40,599 nt of DNA, taken from a virus (lineage: Duplodnaviria; Caudoviricetes). This document shows, piece by piece, positions 28,582 to 37,589 of this stretch (position 1 is the first letter of the stretch; each line of letters begins with the position of its first letter). The position numbers were made by a program, and so were the translations under genes. The stretch covers positions 1 through 40,599 of IMG/VR virus record IMGVR_UViG_3300049070_000075. One strand, 5' to 3'. A model generated the notes under the pieces. It saw only the letters and a list, made by a program, of their open reading frames with translations, did not search any database and had not been told where the DNA came from.

Positions 28582-28759
28582 GATTATAACTTTCAAAATA
28601 CAAACCCCTAAGAGTTTCAAATTTCTCATTGAGTGATATGAATTTATATTGGAAGGCTTCTATACTTAATTTTTCATCCTGAGATAAAATGAAATATTTT
28701 TCTAAATACTTTATCTCTTCTTTTATATCATATAAAACGGGTTTAATATCTTCTAACAT
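28574..28759 (-). CDS. hypothetical protein
   Basis: 61-aa ORF abutting the upstream stop codon. Confidence 0.6.
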   Translation of the reverse strand: MLEDIKPVLYDIKEEIKYLEKYFILSQDEKLSIEAFQYKFISLNEKFETLRGLYFESYNHE

Positions 28760-29452
28760 CTATCCCCATACCCCTGGATTAATTACTTTACCCTTTCTAA
28801 TTTTAACCGTGTTGCCATTTCTTCTTTTACAGCCTGGGCAAGCTTCAGATGAATTATGCCACGTTACATCATGACCATCTGTTACTTTCTTCCATTCAAG
28901 AAAACAAAGGCAACTGACCAAACAGATAGTTGAACCATCGCGTGGATAATGAGGAAGAGTTACAGTTTCCCATGCTTCGCTCATCCCTCTCATATAGGCT
29001 TGACCACTACTGGAACTATAGAGATTACTTCTATTAGCTATTCCTGCTATTTGTTCATCAGTGTATCTACCATTTTTAATATCACTGGCAAATGAACCGA
29101 GATACTTGTATTGATCTTGCAAAGTTCGGCCAATTATACTCCAGTCCCTTTGTGTCATGTTGTTTCTTCCACCCTTCCCGATAAGATATTGAAGAGTATA
29201 ATCTTTTCTTAAATTATCTCTCATTGTCTTTTCCCATTGTTGGAGAGTGATTTTCTTATCAACTAATTTTTGGGCTAATTCAAGATTACGTTCTTTAGCA
29301 CTATCAATAATAGATTGTCTAGCTTGTTCTATTTTTTCTTGAGATATGTATTTGCCCTTTGTATCTCTAAAACGTTTAGAGTTATTATCCCAAGAGAATG
29401 AACCACGCGCTTTAATATAATCTGTTAGTTGTTCTAGTAGTCTGGTTGTCAT
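28760..29452 (-). CDS. minor head / head morphogenesis protein (gp7/MuF-like)
   Basis: Between portal and protease; RFRD.KGKY, QY.YL..FA.DI..G, R.NLY and P.DGST.C...CLC.L motifs. Confidence 0.7.
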   Translation of the reverse strand: MTTRLLEQLTDYIKARGSFSWDNNSKRFRDTKGKYISQEKIEQARQSIIDSAKERNLELAQKLVDKKITLQQWEKTMRDNLRKDYTLQYLIGKGGRNNMTQRDWSIIGRTLQDQYKYLGSFASDIKNGRYTDEQIAGIANRSNLYSSSSGQAYMRGMSEAWETVTLPHYPRDGSTICLVSCLCFLEWKKVTDGHDVTWHNSSEACPGCKRRNGNTVKIRKGKVINPGVWG

Positions 29453-29649
29453 TCTGGCTCAAATTTAGCTTTTGAAAGATATAATTGAACTATAGGTACT
29501 CGATTATTTTTAAGTACAAAATATTTTCTAACTACTTCATAAATAAATTCTTCGTTGTATAAAATAGTGTCAGACACATTAGGAATAACATCTAATTCCC
29601 ATTCTGCTATTCTCTCACCACTGTTGTTATGAATAAGTAATACTTTCAT
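29449..29649 (-). CDS. hypothetical protein
   Basis: 66 aa, coupled; IPNVSD.I...YEV motif. Confidence 0.65.
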   Translation of the reverse strand: MKVLLIHNNSGERIAEWELDVIPNVSDTILYNEEFIYEVVRKYFVLKNNRVPIVQLYLSKAKFEPE

Positions 29650-29900
29650 TTCTTTAACTCATCCAAATAACTCTTAAATTTCCCCATATAATTCTCTAAA
29701 GGTCTAGCAAATAATGGAGCATCCCAATGCTTAGTATATTCATTCCATTCAGAACCACATAAAGCACATTCTATTCTATACTCAATAGCATAACTATCGG
29801 GAAGAGTAAGACTAAAAAATGATTTAGCCCAATCAGGAACAACAAGAGGATATATTATTTTTTCTGAATGAGAACAGGTTTTATAATCTGTGTAAATCAT
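29646..29900 (-). CDS. hypothetical protein (CxH...CxxC)
   Basis: 84 aa, coupled. Confidence 0.6.
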   Translation of the reverse strand: MIYTDYKTCSHSEKIIYPLVVPDWAKSFFSLTLPDSYAIEYRIECALCGSEWNEYTKHWDAPLFARPLENYMGKFKSYLDELKK

Positions 29901-30259
29901 GAGAAAGTTATCTCTTCAGTAGTTACTATACTAAATCCATATAGATGATTAGGTATTTCATCTGTAAGCAATGCACCAAAGAAAGTATAACTACCTACAT
30001 ACCCTTTACCTTTAGCAATTATATTTGAGTTGAGAGGATTTATTTCAAACTCAATTTCTTTTCTTGATTGACAAATATCTTTGATAAAAGTTTGTAACCC
30101 AGGCATATAATAATATTTTATGTCTATTTCCCAAGGTAAAGGTTCTTCTCTTTGAATTGCAAATACTTTGTAATCAGTACCTACTCTTTCATAGATCGGG
30201 TAAGCCATGCCCATATCTCTGGATGCATCCATTGGAAACAATAGGAAATAAACTGCCAT
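29897..30259 (-). CDS. hypothetical protein
   Basis: 120-aa ORF; start uncertain. Confidence 0.6.
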   Translation of the reverse strand: MAVYFLLFPMDASRDMGMAYPIYERVGTDYKVFAIQREEPLPWEIDIKYYYMPGLQTFIKDICQSRKEIEFEINPLNSNIIAKGKGYVGSYTFFGALLTDEIPNHLYGFSIVTTEEITFS

Positions 30260-30416
30260 CTATTTTCATCCATCCACTAGGATTAGATTTAGTAATAGGT
30301 AGTTCTGGCTGAGATACTAAGTAATCAATAGTCTTAGTAATCTCAACTGGTACTGCTGTATAAGCTACCAGAGTAGCTATTGATTTAAGAAATGATCGTC
30401 TACTTAATTCAATCAT
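30189..30416 (-). CDS. hypothetical protein with twin-arginine (Tat-like) N-terminus
   Basis: LSRRSFLK followed by a hydrophobic stretch. Confidence 0.6.
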   Translation of the reverse strand: MIELSRRSFLKSIATLVAYTAVPVEITKTIDYLVSQPELPITKSNPSGWMKIDGSLFPIVSNGCIQRYGHGLPDL

Positions 30417-30619
30417 CCTAAAAATACCCTAATCTTATATCTAGGAGTACCAACAGTTACTAACTCAGCCGCCACTTTATAAACCTCTCCCTTGAATACC
30501 CCATCTTTAGAAACAAGAGTTATTTCATCCCCTCTACTTGGAACATACCACATTTTCATAGTTTCAAAAATAGTTATATTCAATTTAGTAAAAACAAACT
30601 CTATGTTTAATTCTTCCAC
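30413..30619 (-). CDS. hypothetical protein
   Basis: GTG start with SD AAGGGGGA; VPSRGDEI motif. Confidence 0.65.
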   Translation of the reverse strand: MEELNIEFVFTKLNITIFETMKMWYVPSRGDEITLVSKDGVFKGEVYKVAAELVTVGTPRYKIRVFLG

Positions 30620-30855
30620 TATTCCCCCTTACCATTAACAGAAGCCTCTAACATTCCATCTTGAAAAATATTATTTATTTTAAGTATTCTTTCTTCAATC
30701 CAATGAAACCAAGTAATCAATTGCATTTCTAATTCAAAACCCTCTAAATTTTCATAAGCATAATCCAAATTAGAAATGCCTTGCTTTATACCTTCATACT
30801 CATACTTAATTTTCTTTTCCGTTTTTTCCGTTAACATTTGCTTCCAACATTCCAT
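30619..30855 (-). CDS. hypothetical protein ending in a copy of the portal C-terminal peptide
   Basis: Ends DGMLEASVNGKGE; the portal ends DGMLEANVNGKNGKEN. Confidence 0.55.
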   Translation of the reverse strand: MECWKQMLTEKTEKKIKYEYEGIKQGISNLDYAYENLEGFELEMQLITWFHWIEERILKINNIFQDGMLEASVNGKGE

Positions 30856-32317
30856 CTAACTGAGGATTTCTTTGATTGAATTCATTAACATAATCCTCTA
30901 TTTCTTTTTGTGCCAATTCTGCTATTTCTTCCTCCGATAATTGATTAAGAGGTTTACCTTTTGGTTTTAATACTGCCTTAATTGGCTCTCCCTTTTCATC
31001 TAATTCAATTTCTTTTTCCTCATCTAGCTTAACATCTTTATTGACATCTACTACTTTAGCATATTCAGATTGGTAAATAATCTTTACTGCTTCAGTAACA
31101 GAAACAAATGGAGCATTGCCTATTCTTTCATCAGGATGAGGTTCTAAACTTTCCTCTTCTCTGACTTCATTATAAGTTTTTGGTTTACGTCTTAATTCAG
31201 TTTCTTTAACAACATTATCAATATCATCTTTAGTGTCAGGTTTGAATACTACACGAAAGTTTTCACCATAATAAGGATTGACAACCTGAGCATTTAAGTC
31301 CTCAGATATTAGATCAAGTAAAGGTTTTAATGTTTCCCTTTGATAGACTTCATCAGCAACTTTAGCACTCGCCTCTGTTGCGTTTTTATCTCTTAAACCT
31401 TCTGGGATTCCCCATACCCGTTCGGCATAATATCTAGCACGTTCATGAACTGACTTTCCATCTTCCCCCCTGCGAGTTGTTAAATCCTGTACTGATACAT
31501 CCCCCCCTCTAAATATTCTGTAACGCGCATCCTCCATTTTAGCCTGTTTCCAATCTGAAAGAGCCTTAATAAAATCCCTATCGGATAAATCAGCACGTAA
31601 AGAAATTATTTTAGAAAGAGTTAAGCCATGTACATAATCATCTAAATCAAACTTCTCTGCCTGGGTAGCTAATTGAAGTATCATTAGATAAGTTGATAAG
31701 GGAGATAATCCTCTTATCGGATTAAATGGATTAGGTAATTTATGAAAACAGACTTGATTAACTTCTAATCGTTCCGGGTAGTGAGGATCATTAGGTGTAT
31801 AAGAGAAATAGGCTATAAGTCTAGGTTCCCCCCCATGATGAGTTTTCCAGGGGATAGGCTTAATCATATAGGCAGGGATTGGAATAAACATGTTTAATTC
31901 CTTAAAGCCATTGGGTACAATCATCCAATAAGCTTCCCCTCTCAATAAAAGCCAAGTCATCTGATACTTCCATGCGAATGTTGCGCCCATTTGTGGCATA
32001 GGTGATTTATTCAACATTAAATCAAATGGATGATTGATTACTTTTTCCCAAGTGTCAGTAGCAAAATCTTTTGATTGTTCTATGCTTAATATAGCCCTAG
32101 CTACACCATTAGCTATAAAGTCAATATTGGGCTTTACTAAAGGGCTAGTAACCCCTAGCCTCTCAAAAGCTTCCTCATCGTAATTAGACCAGGGGTTTTG
32201 ATCTTCACCCGGATAACTAAAACCTGATATAAGACTACCAGGGGAATAAAGTTCTGTTTTTATAAATGGTTGAATAGCTTTTGCTAGTGATTGAAGTACT
32301 CTAGTTCTAATCGACAT
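30806..32317 (-). CDS. portal protein (HK97 family)
   Basis: HP...L..P, LLLRGEAYW, H.K.PNP.NP.RGLSPL, GIP.GL, L..ISE.LN and T.NEVR...LEP motifs. Confidence 0.9.
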   Translation of the reverse strand: MSIRTRVLQSLAKAIQPFIKTELYSPGSLISGFSYPGEDQNPWSNYDEEAFERLGVTSPLVKPNIDFIANGVARAILSIEQSKDFATDTWEKVINHPFDLMLNKSPMPQMGATFAWKYQMTWLLLRGEAYWMIVPNGFKELNMFIPIPAYMIKPIPWKTHHGGEPRLIAYFSYTPNDPHYPERLEVNQVCFHKLPNPFNPIRGLSPLSTYLMILQLATQAEKFDLDDYVHGLTLSKIISLRADLSDRDFIKALSDWKQAKMEDARYRIFRGGDVSVQDLTTRRGEDGKSVHERARYYAERVWGIPEGLRDKNATEASAKVADEVYQRETLKPLLDLISEDLNAQVVNPYYGENFRVVFKPDTKDDIDNVVKETELRRKPKTYNEVREEESLEPHPDERIGNAPFVSVTEAVKIIYQSEYAKVVDVNKDVKLDEEKEIELDEKGEPIKAVLKPKGKPLNQLSEEEIAELAQKEIEDYVNEFNQRNPQLDGMLEANVNGKNGKEN

Positions 32318-32327
32318 TGTATATTTT

Positions 32328-32349
32328 TTCTAACCTTTTTATCGTTAAA
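32328..32349 (-). repeat. dispersed 22-bp motif, copy 6 (TTTAACGATAAAAAGGTTAGAA)
   Basis: Two mismatches; 10 nt upstream of the portal ATG. Confidence 0.85.
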
Positions 32350-32364
32350 AATTTAATCCCCCAA

Positions 32365-32748
32365 TTATTTCTTATTCCAAGGCTTAAAGCCTTTTAGAGT
32401 TTCAATAGTAGGCCATTGACCAGTAAATGTTATAGCCCTATCGTCAATAGTAATTGTGGCGGGTGGTTTATAAACCGGGAATTTTACTTCCATTAAAAGA
32501 AAACTTCTACCTGTTTCTCTATGCCACTTCATATAATAATCATGAAACCATCTAACCATTGCATCTATTCCCCCTGGCTGATGACTTCTACTCGAATGAA
32601 TATGAACTTCAAAATATTTCATTGCTTCAGATAGAAATTCAAATAATCCTGGCACAGGCTCATCATTACATACATTAGCGCCTTGCCAACCTGATGAATA
32701 ATCCGAACATACGCCGTCAAAGTCCAAACATAAAATAGGCTTACCCAT
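32365..32748 (-). CDS. HAD-superfamily phosphatase-like protein
   Basis: Motif I LDFDGV, motif II HSSR, motifs III/IV KPPA..TIDDRA. Confidence 0.85.
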   Translation of the reverse strand: MGKPILCLDFDGVCSDYSSGWQGANVCNDEPVPGLFEFLSEAMKYFEVHIHSSRSHQPGGIDAMVRWFHDYYMKWHRETGRSFLLMEVKFPVYKPPATITIDDRAITFTGQWPTIETLKGFKPWNKK

Positions 32749-32769
32749 AGTTCTCCCCTTTGTACAATT

Positions 32770-32985
32770 TTATTTAGGAGCATCCAAAGGCCATAATAAA
32801 TATTCACCTGCTACATGATGAGTTAATATGTCTATCGTTGATAACGATTTAGGAAATACTTTATAATGCCAACCTTGCAGGCTTATAGGACAATCACCTA
32901 TTGCATCTACAGCTATATAAACATGGGTTAACTCATCTTCAAATACAAAACGTAATTCTTTAATAATAGTTTGACAGTTAGCCAT
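32770..32985 (-). CDS. hypothetical protein
   Basis: 71 aa, coupled to the upstream ORF. Confidence 0.6.
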   Translation of the reverse strand: MANCQTIIKELRFVFEDELTHVYIAVDAIGDCPISLQGWHYKVFPKSLSTIDILTHHVAGEYLLWPLDAPK

Positions 32986-33119
32986 TAGATAACCAACGAG
33001 AAAGTTAACAAAGCAAATCCTAGATTCATCCAGCTAAATCCTCTTTTATTCCAAGGCCAAAACTCAAGAAGAAAAGCTATTGTTGCCAAAATATATAAAG
33101 CGTAATCTCCGATATACAT
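32985..33119 (-). CDS. 44-aa two-helix membrane peptide (not in the ORF track)
   Basis: MYIGDYALYILATIAFLLEFWPWNKRGFSWMNLGFALLTFSLVI; TAATG overlaps at both ends; SD GGAGAGG. Confidence 0.7.
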   Translation of the reverse strand: MYIGDYALYILATIAFLLEFWPWNKRGFSWMNLGFALLTFSLVI

Positions 33120-33514
33120 TATATCCTCTCCTGATAAAATTTAAGCAATTCAATAGTTTTTGAAAACAGTTCTTCTACTTCACTATATGGTACAGCTTTA
33201 TGAACCTTTTCAGGAATACCCATTTTATCTTCAATTTGATAGGATTCCATTTGTTTATCTTCTAAAGTCCAACTAGGGAAACTATAACTAACTTTCTGTT
33301 CTAATCTTTTATCGGCTTCCTCCAATTCATTGAACTTTATAGCAGCTATATATAAGTCTCTAAATGGGCTATCATATATTGTGTTACCAAGTATACCAGC
33401 AATAGCTAAATTACCGATTAAATTTTTTAAGTTCACTTCTTCTCTTTGATCTTCCATTCCGATAGTTTTCTCAATAATTCCTGATGCATTTCTTCCTCTG
33501 TTTTTTCTTTCCAA
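33119..33514 (-). CDS. hypothetical protein
   Basis: 131-aa ORF; the real start may be further downstream. Confidence 0.6.
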   Translation of the reverse strand: MERKNRGRNASGIIEKTIGMEDQREEVNLKNLIGNLAIAGILGNTIYDSPFRDLYIAAIKFNELEEADKRLEQKVSYSFPSWTLEDKQMESYQIEDKMGIPEKVHKAVPYSEVEELFSKTIELLKFYQERI

Positions 33515-33987
33515 ATTCTCCCTATTGTCTTTTGAAGTATTGGTATATTACGCCATGATGGTTGTTTTTCAGGGGGTCGATATTCTGCTAATCCTTTAAT
33601 AGACAACCAATAAAGGAAATGCATATATTTCCAATACAACGCTATACGAAACCTTAACCAGTAATGAATTACCTCTCCCTTAAAACTATATCGAGTGGCA
33701 TAGATAATGTTTCTTACATAATCACATTGAACAAATCTAACCTTGTAAGGCCCGATGTTATGAATACTATATAATGTATCTTCTATGTTTTGGTCATATA
33801 ATGTCATGCCTTCAAAATCATAACCAAACAAATTATTGACTGCTTCTAATGAGATAGCTATTACTTCTCCACCTGTCCATTCATAATCTAAAACATAATC
33901 ACTGTAAGGCAGGGAGTAATCAAAGTTCTTATTTACTTCAATATAACGTCTAGTTATTTTAATAATTCCTGTTGCTCTAATATCCAT
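33433..33987 (-). CDS. hypothetical protein
   Basis: 184-aa aromatic-rich ORF; G9 run in the SD position. Confidence 0.65.
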   Translation of the reverse strand: MDIRATGIIKITRRYIEVNKNFDYSLPYSDYVLDYEWTGGEVIAISLEAVNNLFGYDFEGMTLYDQNIEDTLYSIHNIGPYKVRFVQCDYVRNIIYATRYSFKGEVIHYWLRFRIALYWKYMHFLYWLSIKGLAEYRPPEKQPSWRNIPILQKTIGRIWKEKTEEEMHQELLRKLSEWKIKEKK

Positions 33988-34000
33988 TTATCCCCCCCCC

Positions 34001-34216
34001 TTAATATAAATCAGGTATAGGTAAATAATGAGTGACTAGATGAGCTATTTTATTAGTATCTATCCATATCCATCTACGATCATACGGATAATATTTAGCC
34101 TTATCGTATATAGCTAATCCCATTCCATCTACTCTAGTTTGAATAAGAGCTAATGTATTTTCAGGTATAATATTATTAGAGGCTACTTTAACCCATCTAG
34201 TTGTTTTTTCTTCCAC
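34001..34216 (-). CDS. DUF551-like small protein
   Basis: W.KV....PE...VTHYLP.P pattern. Confidence 0.6.
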   Translation of the reverse strand: MEEKTTRWVKVASNNIIPENTLALIQTRVDGMGLAIYDKAKYYPYDRRWIWIDTNKIAHLVTHYLPIPDLY

Positions 34217-34506
34217 TACTCCCCCTTAAATCTTAACTGTACTTCCTTAAATTCAATCCGGTATTTATTCTCTGCTTCTTTGTACTTCATAAAATTCTCT
34301 GATGATAAATAAGACAATCCTCTGAGAAGAGTCAAGTTCTTTTTCCACTGTTCTAATCTGTCTGAGGTATAATATAATCCTGTTGCAGTATGACATTTAG
34401 GACATTGCTGAGTAATTTTTCTATAGTCATCTTTTACATATCGAATGACTATATGCTTCATTGTTAGATCATATTGATAATGGCAGAATGGGCAATCAAT
34501 CTTCAT
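34216..34506 (-). CDS. zinc-ribbon hypothetical protein
   Basis: CPFC...CPKC. Confidence 0.65.
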   Translation of the reverse strand: MKIDCPFCHYQYDLTMKHIVIRYVKDDYRKITQQCPKCHTATGLYYTSDRLEQWKKNLTLLRGLSYLSSENFMKYKEAENKYRIEFKEVQLRFKGE

Positions 34507-34762
34507 ATAGTTTAACCAAATCTTTAGAGTGTTGTTGAAACCATAATAATTGTTTAATCAATAAATATTCTGCCTTAGTAGCTAATCTATAAGTCCATTC
34601 TCTTTCATCATTTATAAAATCTTCATTATGGTTAACAAGTTCAAATATGCAATATTCTCCCTCATTATCCCTGTGAACAGCTATAGTATCGGACAAGTTC
34701 ATAACAAATTCAGTAAAAGCTACATCTATAAATTTGAGCCATTTTAACCATTCTTTATTCAT
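34496..34762 (-). CDS. hypothetical protein
   Basis: 88 aa, abutting the terL stop codon. Confidence 0.6.
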   Translation of the reverse strand: MNKEWLKWLKFIDVAFTEFVMNLSDTIAVHRDNEGEYCIFELVNHNEDFINDEREWTYRLATKAEYLLIKQLLWFQQHSKDLVKLYED

Positions 34763-36310
34763 TTACTCCCATCCCATAAGCCACTTTGAACCATCCAACA
34801 TTGTCAATAAAACACATTCTCCCAAATCAGGACTTCTCCCTATACGTTCTTTGATCTTCTTCTTTTCTTCAATCAGTATTTGCCCACTAGATGTTAATGA
34901 ATAAGTAGCAGCACATAAATCTGCTAATAATTCATTGTCAGGTGGTAAACATAAGTTATCGCCATGCTCAGGGTCTAAGGCCTCTCTCATTCTCCAATAC
35001 ATCTCACTTCTTTTGTTTTTCATTCCATGACGATTTGATCTATCTCGGAAAGTAGAAGCTTCTGCAACATTTATAGCTGAAACAAAATCATAAGTTTCTT
35101 TTAACATATCATAAGGCGATGAACCTACCCCGATAGCGTCAACGTTTATTGTTTCTGGAAAATCTTCTTTGTCTAATTCTGGCTTAACTACTGTTATTAG
35201 GGATTGACCATCAGGAGTTTTACTACCAGGCCATTTTAATAGTTCATCAAAATAATTTTCTCTTCTCTTAGCCAGGGTAGTTTTATCTCTTCCTCCTCTG
35301 GCAACGTCAATACCTATTGCATTTATTGGTATATTAGGTTTTTCTGTTTCTCTCCAACGTTGTTGAGCTTTTAATACCCACGCTGAAGGAATGACTTGTA
35401 ATGGATTAGGATCAGCTTTAGCAGCAAAATTCCCAAATAAAAACATACTCCTATATGGCTCTTCATAACGTTGTAATTGAGAAACATAATCAGTATTTAA
35501 TAAATATGGGTTATCGAATACAGTACCAGGAATAAAAGTTCTACTTCTTGGATTTAATGTTTCTCCATTATACTCTATTGGCTCATCATTTTCACATTCA
35601 ACTTCCTCACCATCTATAGATGTATACCATCTTAATTCTCCTGGTTTAGCTGGACTAGGGTGTTGATAAGCATCAGGGAACAAATAAGCTAACCAAGGCT
35701 TAAAATAATCTATTACCCATTGCCCTTGATCTTCTGTAGGGGGGTTAAAGGTTAATACTACCCTACATCTTTGATTAGGGTCAGTGGTTCTATTCCATAT
35801 TGTTATATATTCAATAATTTCTTTTGTAAAAAATTGAGCCTCATCAAATCCAAAAAAATCTCTTGCCCTACCTTGTTGTTTTCTTTTATCTTTTTCTAAT
35901 TGGCAACTTTCAAACTCAACCATTCGTTTACCACCATCTAAACTCCAACGGTGTAAACTTTCATTAAAACTATCTTTAGTATGGTCTATTTCCTCAGCGT
36001 TAAATATCTTCCTGCTATCTTCAATAATTCCTCTTAACTCTGGAAATGTCCTTCTAAAGATAGCAGAACGTTTATGCTTAGTTGCTGCCAATCCTAAAAG
36101 TAATGAAGTTTTTCCACTTCCTGCTCCTCCCCCAAATCCTAAAACATCAGCTTCACTTTCATAAGCTAATCGTTGAGGATTAGGAATTCCATCTCTGTCA
36201 GGATTAGGTTCCCAAAGTGGTTTTTCTTTTGGAATTAAACCTAGTCTTTTTCTTCTTTCAATCTCAGCCCTGGCTTGAATCTGATAGGACGATAGAGACA
36301 TCTTCACCAT
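34763..36310 (-). CDS. terL: terminase large subunit
   Basis: Walker A GGGAGSGKT, Walker B FGFDEA, coupling motif TFNPP, nuclease motifs GIDVARGGRD, VDAIGVG and GRSPD. Confidence 0.95.
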   Translation of the reverse strand: MVKMSLSSYQIQARAEIERRKRLGLIPKEKPLWEPNPDRDGIPNPQRLAYESEADVLGFGGGAGSGKTSLLLGLAATKHKRSAIFRRTFPELRGIIEDSRKIFNAEEIDHTKDSFNESLHRWSLDGGKRMVEFESCQLEKDKRKQQGRARDFFGFDEAQFFTKEIIEYITIWNRTTDPNQRCRVVLTFNPPTEDQGQWVIDYFKPWLAYLFPDAYQHPSPAKPGELRWYTSIDGEEVECENDEPIEYNGETLNPRSRTFIPGTVFDNPYLLNTDYVSQLQRYEEPYRSMFLFGNFAAKADPNPLQVIPSAWVLKAQQRWRETEKPNIPINAIGIDVARGGRDKTTLAKRRENYFDELLKWPGSKTPDGQSLITVVKPELDKEDFPETINVDAIGVGSSPYDMLKETYDFVSAINVAEASTFRDRSNRHGMKNKRSEMYWRMREALDPEHGDNLCLPPDNELLADLCAATYSLTSSGQILIEEKKKIKERIGRSPDLGECVLLTMLDGSKWLMGWE

Positions 36311-36794
36311 TTTGAATTCGTTGTACTTGTTCTAGTGATAACTTTTCCCAAGGGATGTTGATATTGAGAGATGTTTCTTTATAAAGACCTTTGATCTTAG
36401 CTAAACTGTCTAATGCCGATTGAGGACTATGCAATTCTATTTCAGTAGTGATTATTTCAGCATCACTATCTTTATTTTCTTTCCGAGATGTTGTTTTTAT
36501 CTTTTTAACCAATCTGGATTTAGGATGATCTGCTAAATCAGAAATAGAATATACATTTGAAAAATCACCTAAATCACCATTTGCAATTTGAGAAAAAGCT
36601 AAAGATATTTCATCTTTAGTTAACTGAAGTCTTTTCTTTTCATCTTCAACTGCCTGTCTAATTTCAGGTATTTTCATTAGTCGTGTAGCTTGTTGATTAG
36701 GAAAAGAATAGCCTGCAAGTCTAGCCGCTTTTGTTGCATCCCAACATATAAGTAAATAATATTTGAATATTTCCTGTTTAGTAGTTAAAGCCAT
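36264..36794 (-). CDS. terS: terminase small subunit (probable start at MALTTKQ rather than the TTG at 36833)
   Basis: LT.KQ..F...YL...DATKAARLAGYS helix-turn-helix and IELHS...ALD.LAK..G motif; upstream of terL. Confidence 0.9.
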   Translation of the reverse strand: MALTTKQEIFKYYLLICWDATKAARLAGYSFPNQQATRLMKIPEIRQAVEDEKKRLQLTKDEISLAFSQIANGDLGDFSNVYSISDLADHPKSRLVKKIKTTSRKENKDSDAEIITTEIELHSPQSALDSLAKIKGLYKETSLNINIPWEKLSLEQVQRIQNGEDVSIVLSDSSQG

Positions 36795-36908
36795 AACAAA
36801 TATCCACAAATAAATACAAACAAAAATCAACAAGTCTTGTATTTCTTCTTAATCATCTTAGTATAATTCTTAGCTCTAAGATAAGACTTTATTATGTAAA
36901 GTATATCT

Positions 36909-37193
36909 TTAATCAGTCCCATGTTTCCTATTAACTTCACTTTCCCAATATTCAACAGCAACGGCACTCCCGTCTAAATGAGAAGCCAGATAAACAGCTA
37001 TCCATTTTCCAGACGCAATAAGTAAACACGAAGGTCTATTCTTTTCATCATTTTGTCTTGGAGTAAAAGATAAATCTCCTGTAGGAGTTATCTCTACAGT
37101 ATCAGCCCTTACATATATTTCACCATCTTTTGAGATTGTCTTAGGAACTTTTACACAAAAATAATAACTACCATAATCATTAGGACTTGGCAT
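36909..37193 (-). CDS. hypothetical protein
   Basis: 94 aa; AD.VE...G.L.F...A.GKW pattern. Confidence 0.7.
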   Translation of the reverse strand: MPSPNDYGSYYFCVKVPKTISKDGEIYVRADTVEITPTGDLSFTPRQNDEKNRPSCLLIASGKWIAVYLASHLDGSAVAVEYWESEVNRKHGTD

Positions 37194-37410
37194 TTATCCC
37201 CCTAACATTCAACATAAAAGTTAAATCGTTTATTCCTAATTGACCTATAAATTCAATATATTCATCTTCATCAGATTTACCCACACATATATAAAGTTCA
37301 CCATTTTCATATAGTTGAAGTGATGATACTCTTAGATTGTAGGATTTAATCTTTTTGATAGCTTCTTTAATTGTCATTCTTTCCATTACAAAAGTATGTA
37401 CATACTCCAA
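37180..37410 (-). CDS. hypothetical protein
   Basis: 76-aa ORF; probable start at MERMT. Confidence 0.55.
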   Translation of the reverse strand: MEYVHTFVMERMTIKEAIKKIKSYNLRVSSLQLYENGELYICVGKSDEDEYIEFIGQLGINDLTFMLNVRGINAKS

Positions 37411-37589
37411 TCTGAATTCATTTGAACTTCTTTTAATTCCCCTGCCTGGATTGCTTCAATGTAAAGTTCAACTAACTTTTTTGTTTCTGCTATTTGTTCA
37501 TATAACTTAGAACTGGGAGGAGCATAACAATATTTTTGACTGCCTTCTTTTACTCCTAATTCTATTACCAATTTAGTTCCTTCTGTCAT
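37386..37589 (-). CDS. hypothetical protein
   Basis: 67 aa, coupled. Confidence 0.6.
   Translation of the reverse strand: MTEGTKLVIELGVKEGSQKYCYAPPSSKLYEQIAETKKLVELYIEAIQAGELKEVQMNSDWSMYILL

Noticed and set aside
5107-28874. Plus-strand ORFs inside large genes (e.g. 5107, 8981, 10481, 10955, 12206, 20960, 22783, 23230, 25981, 28689)
   Set aside because: Antisense shadows of well-supported minus-strand genes; no recognisable motifs.
30821-30827. Canonical -1 slippery heptamer A AAA AAC at the portal 3' end
   Set aside because: The -1 frame stops after about a dozen codons and does not lead into the 30619..30855 ORF.
251-32807. Same-strand alternative-frame ORFs (251..445, 13559..13756, 13907..14158, 22454..22654, 25962..26183, 32619..32807)
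   Set aside because: Nested in or heavily overlapping better-supported genes, with no supporting signals seen.
36834-36908. Promoter or pac site upstream of terS
   Set aside because: TATAAT/TATACT hexamers are present but without a properly spaced -35; expected by chance in AT-rich DNA.
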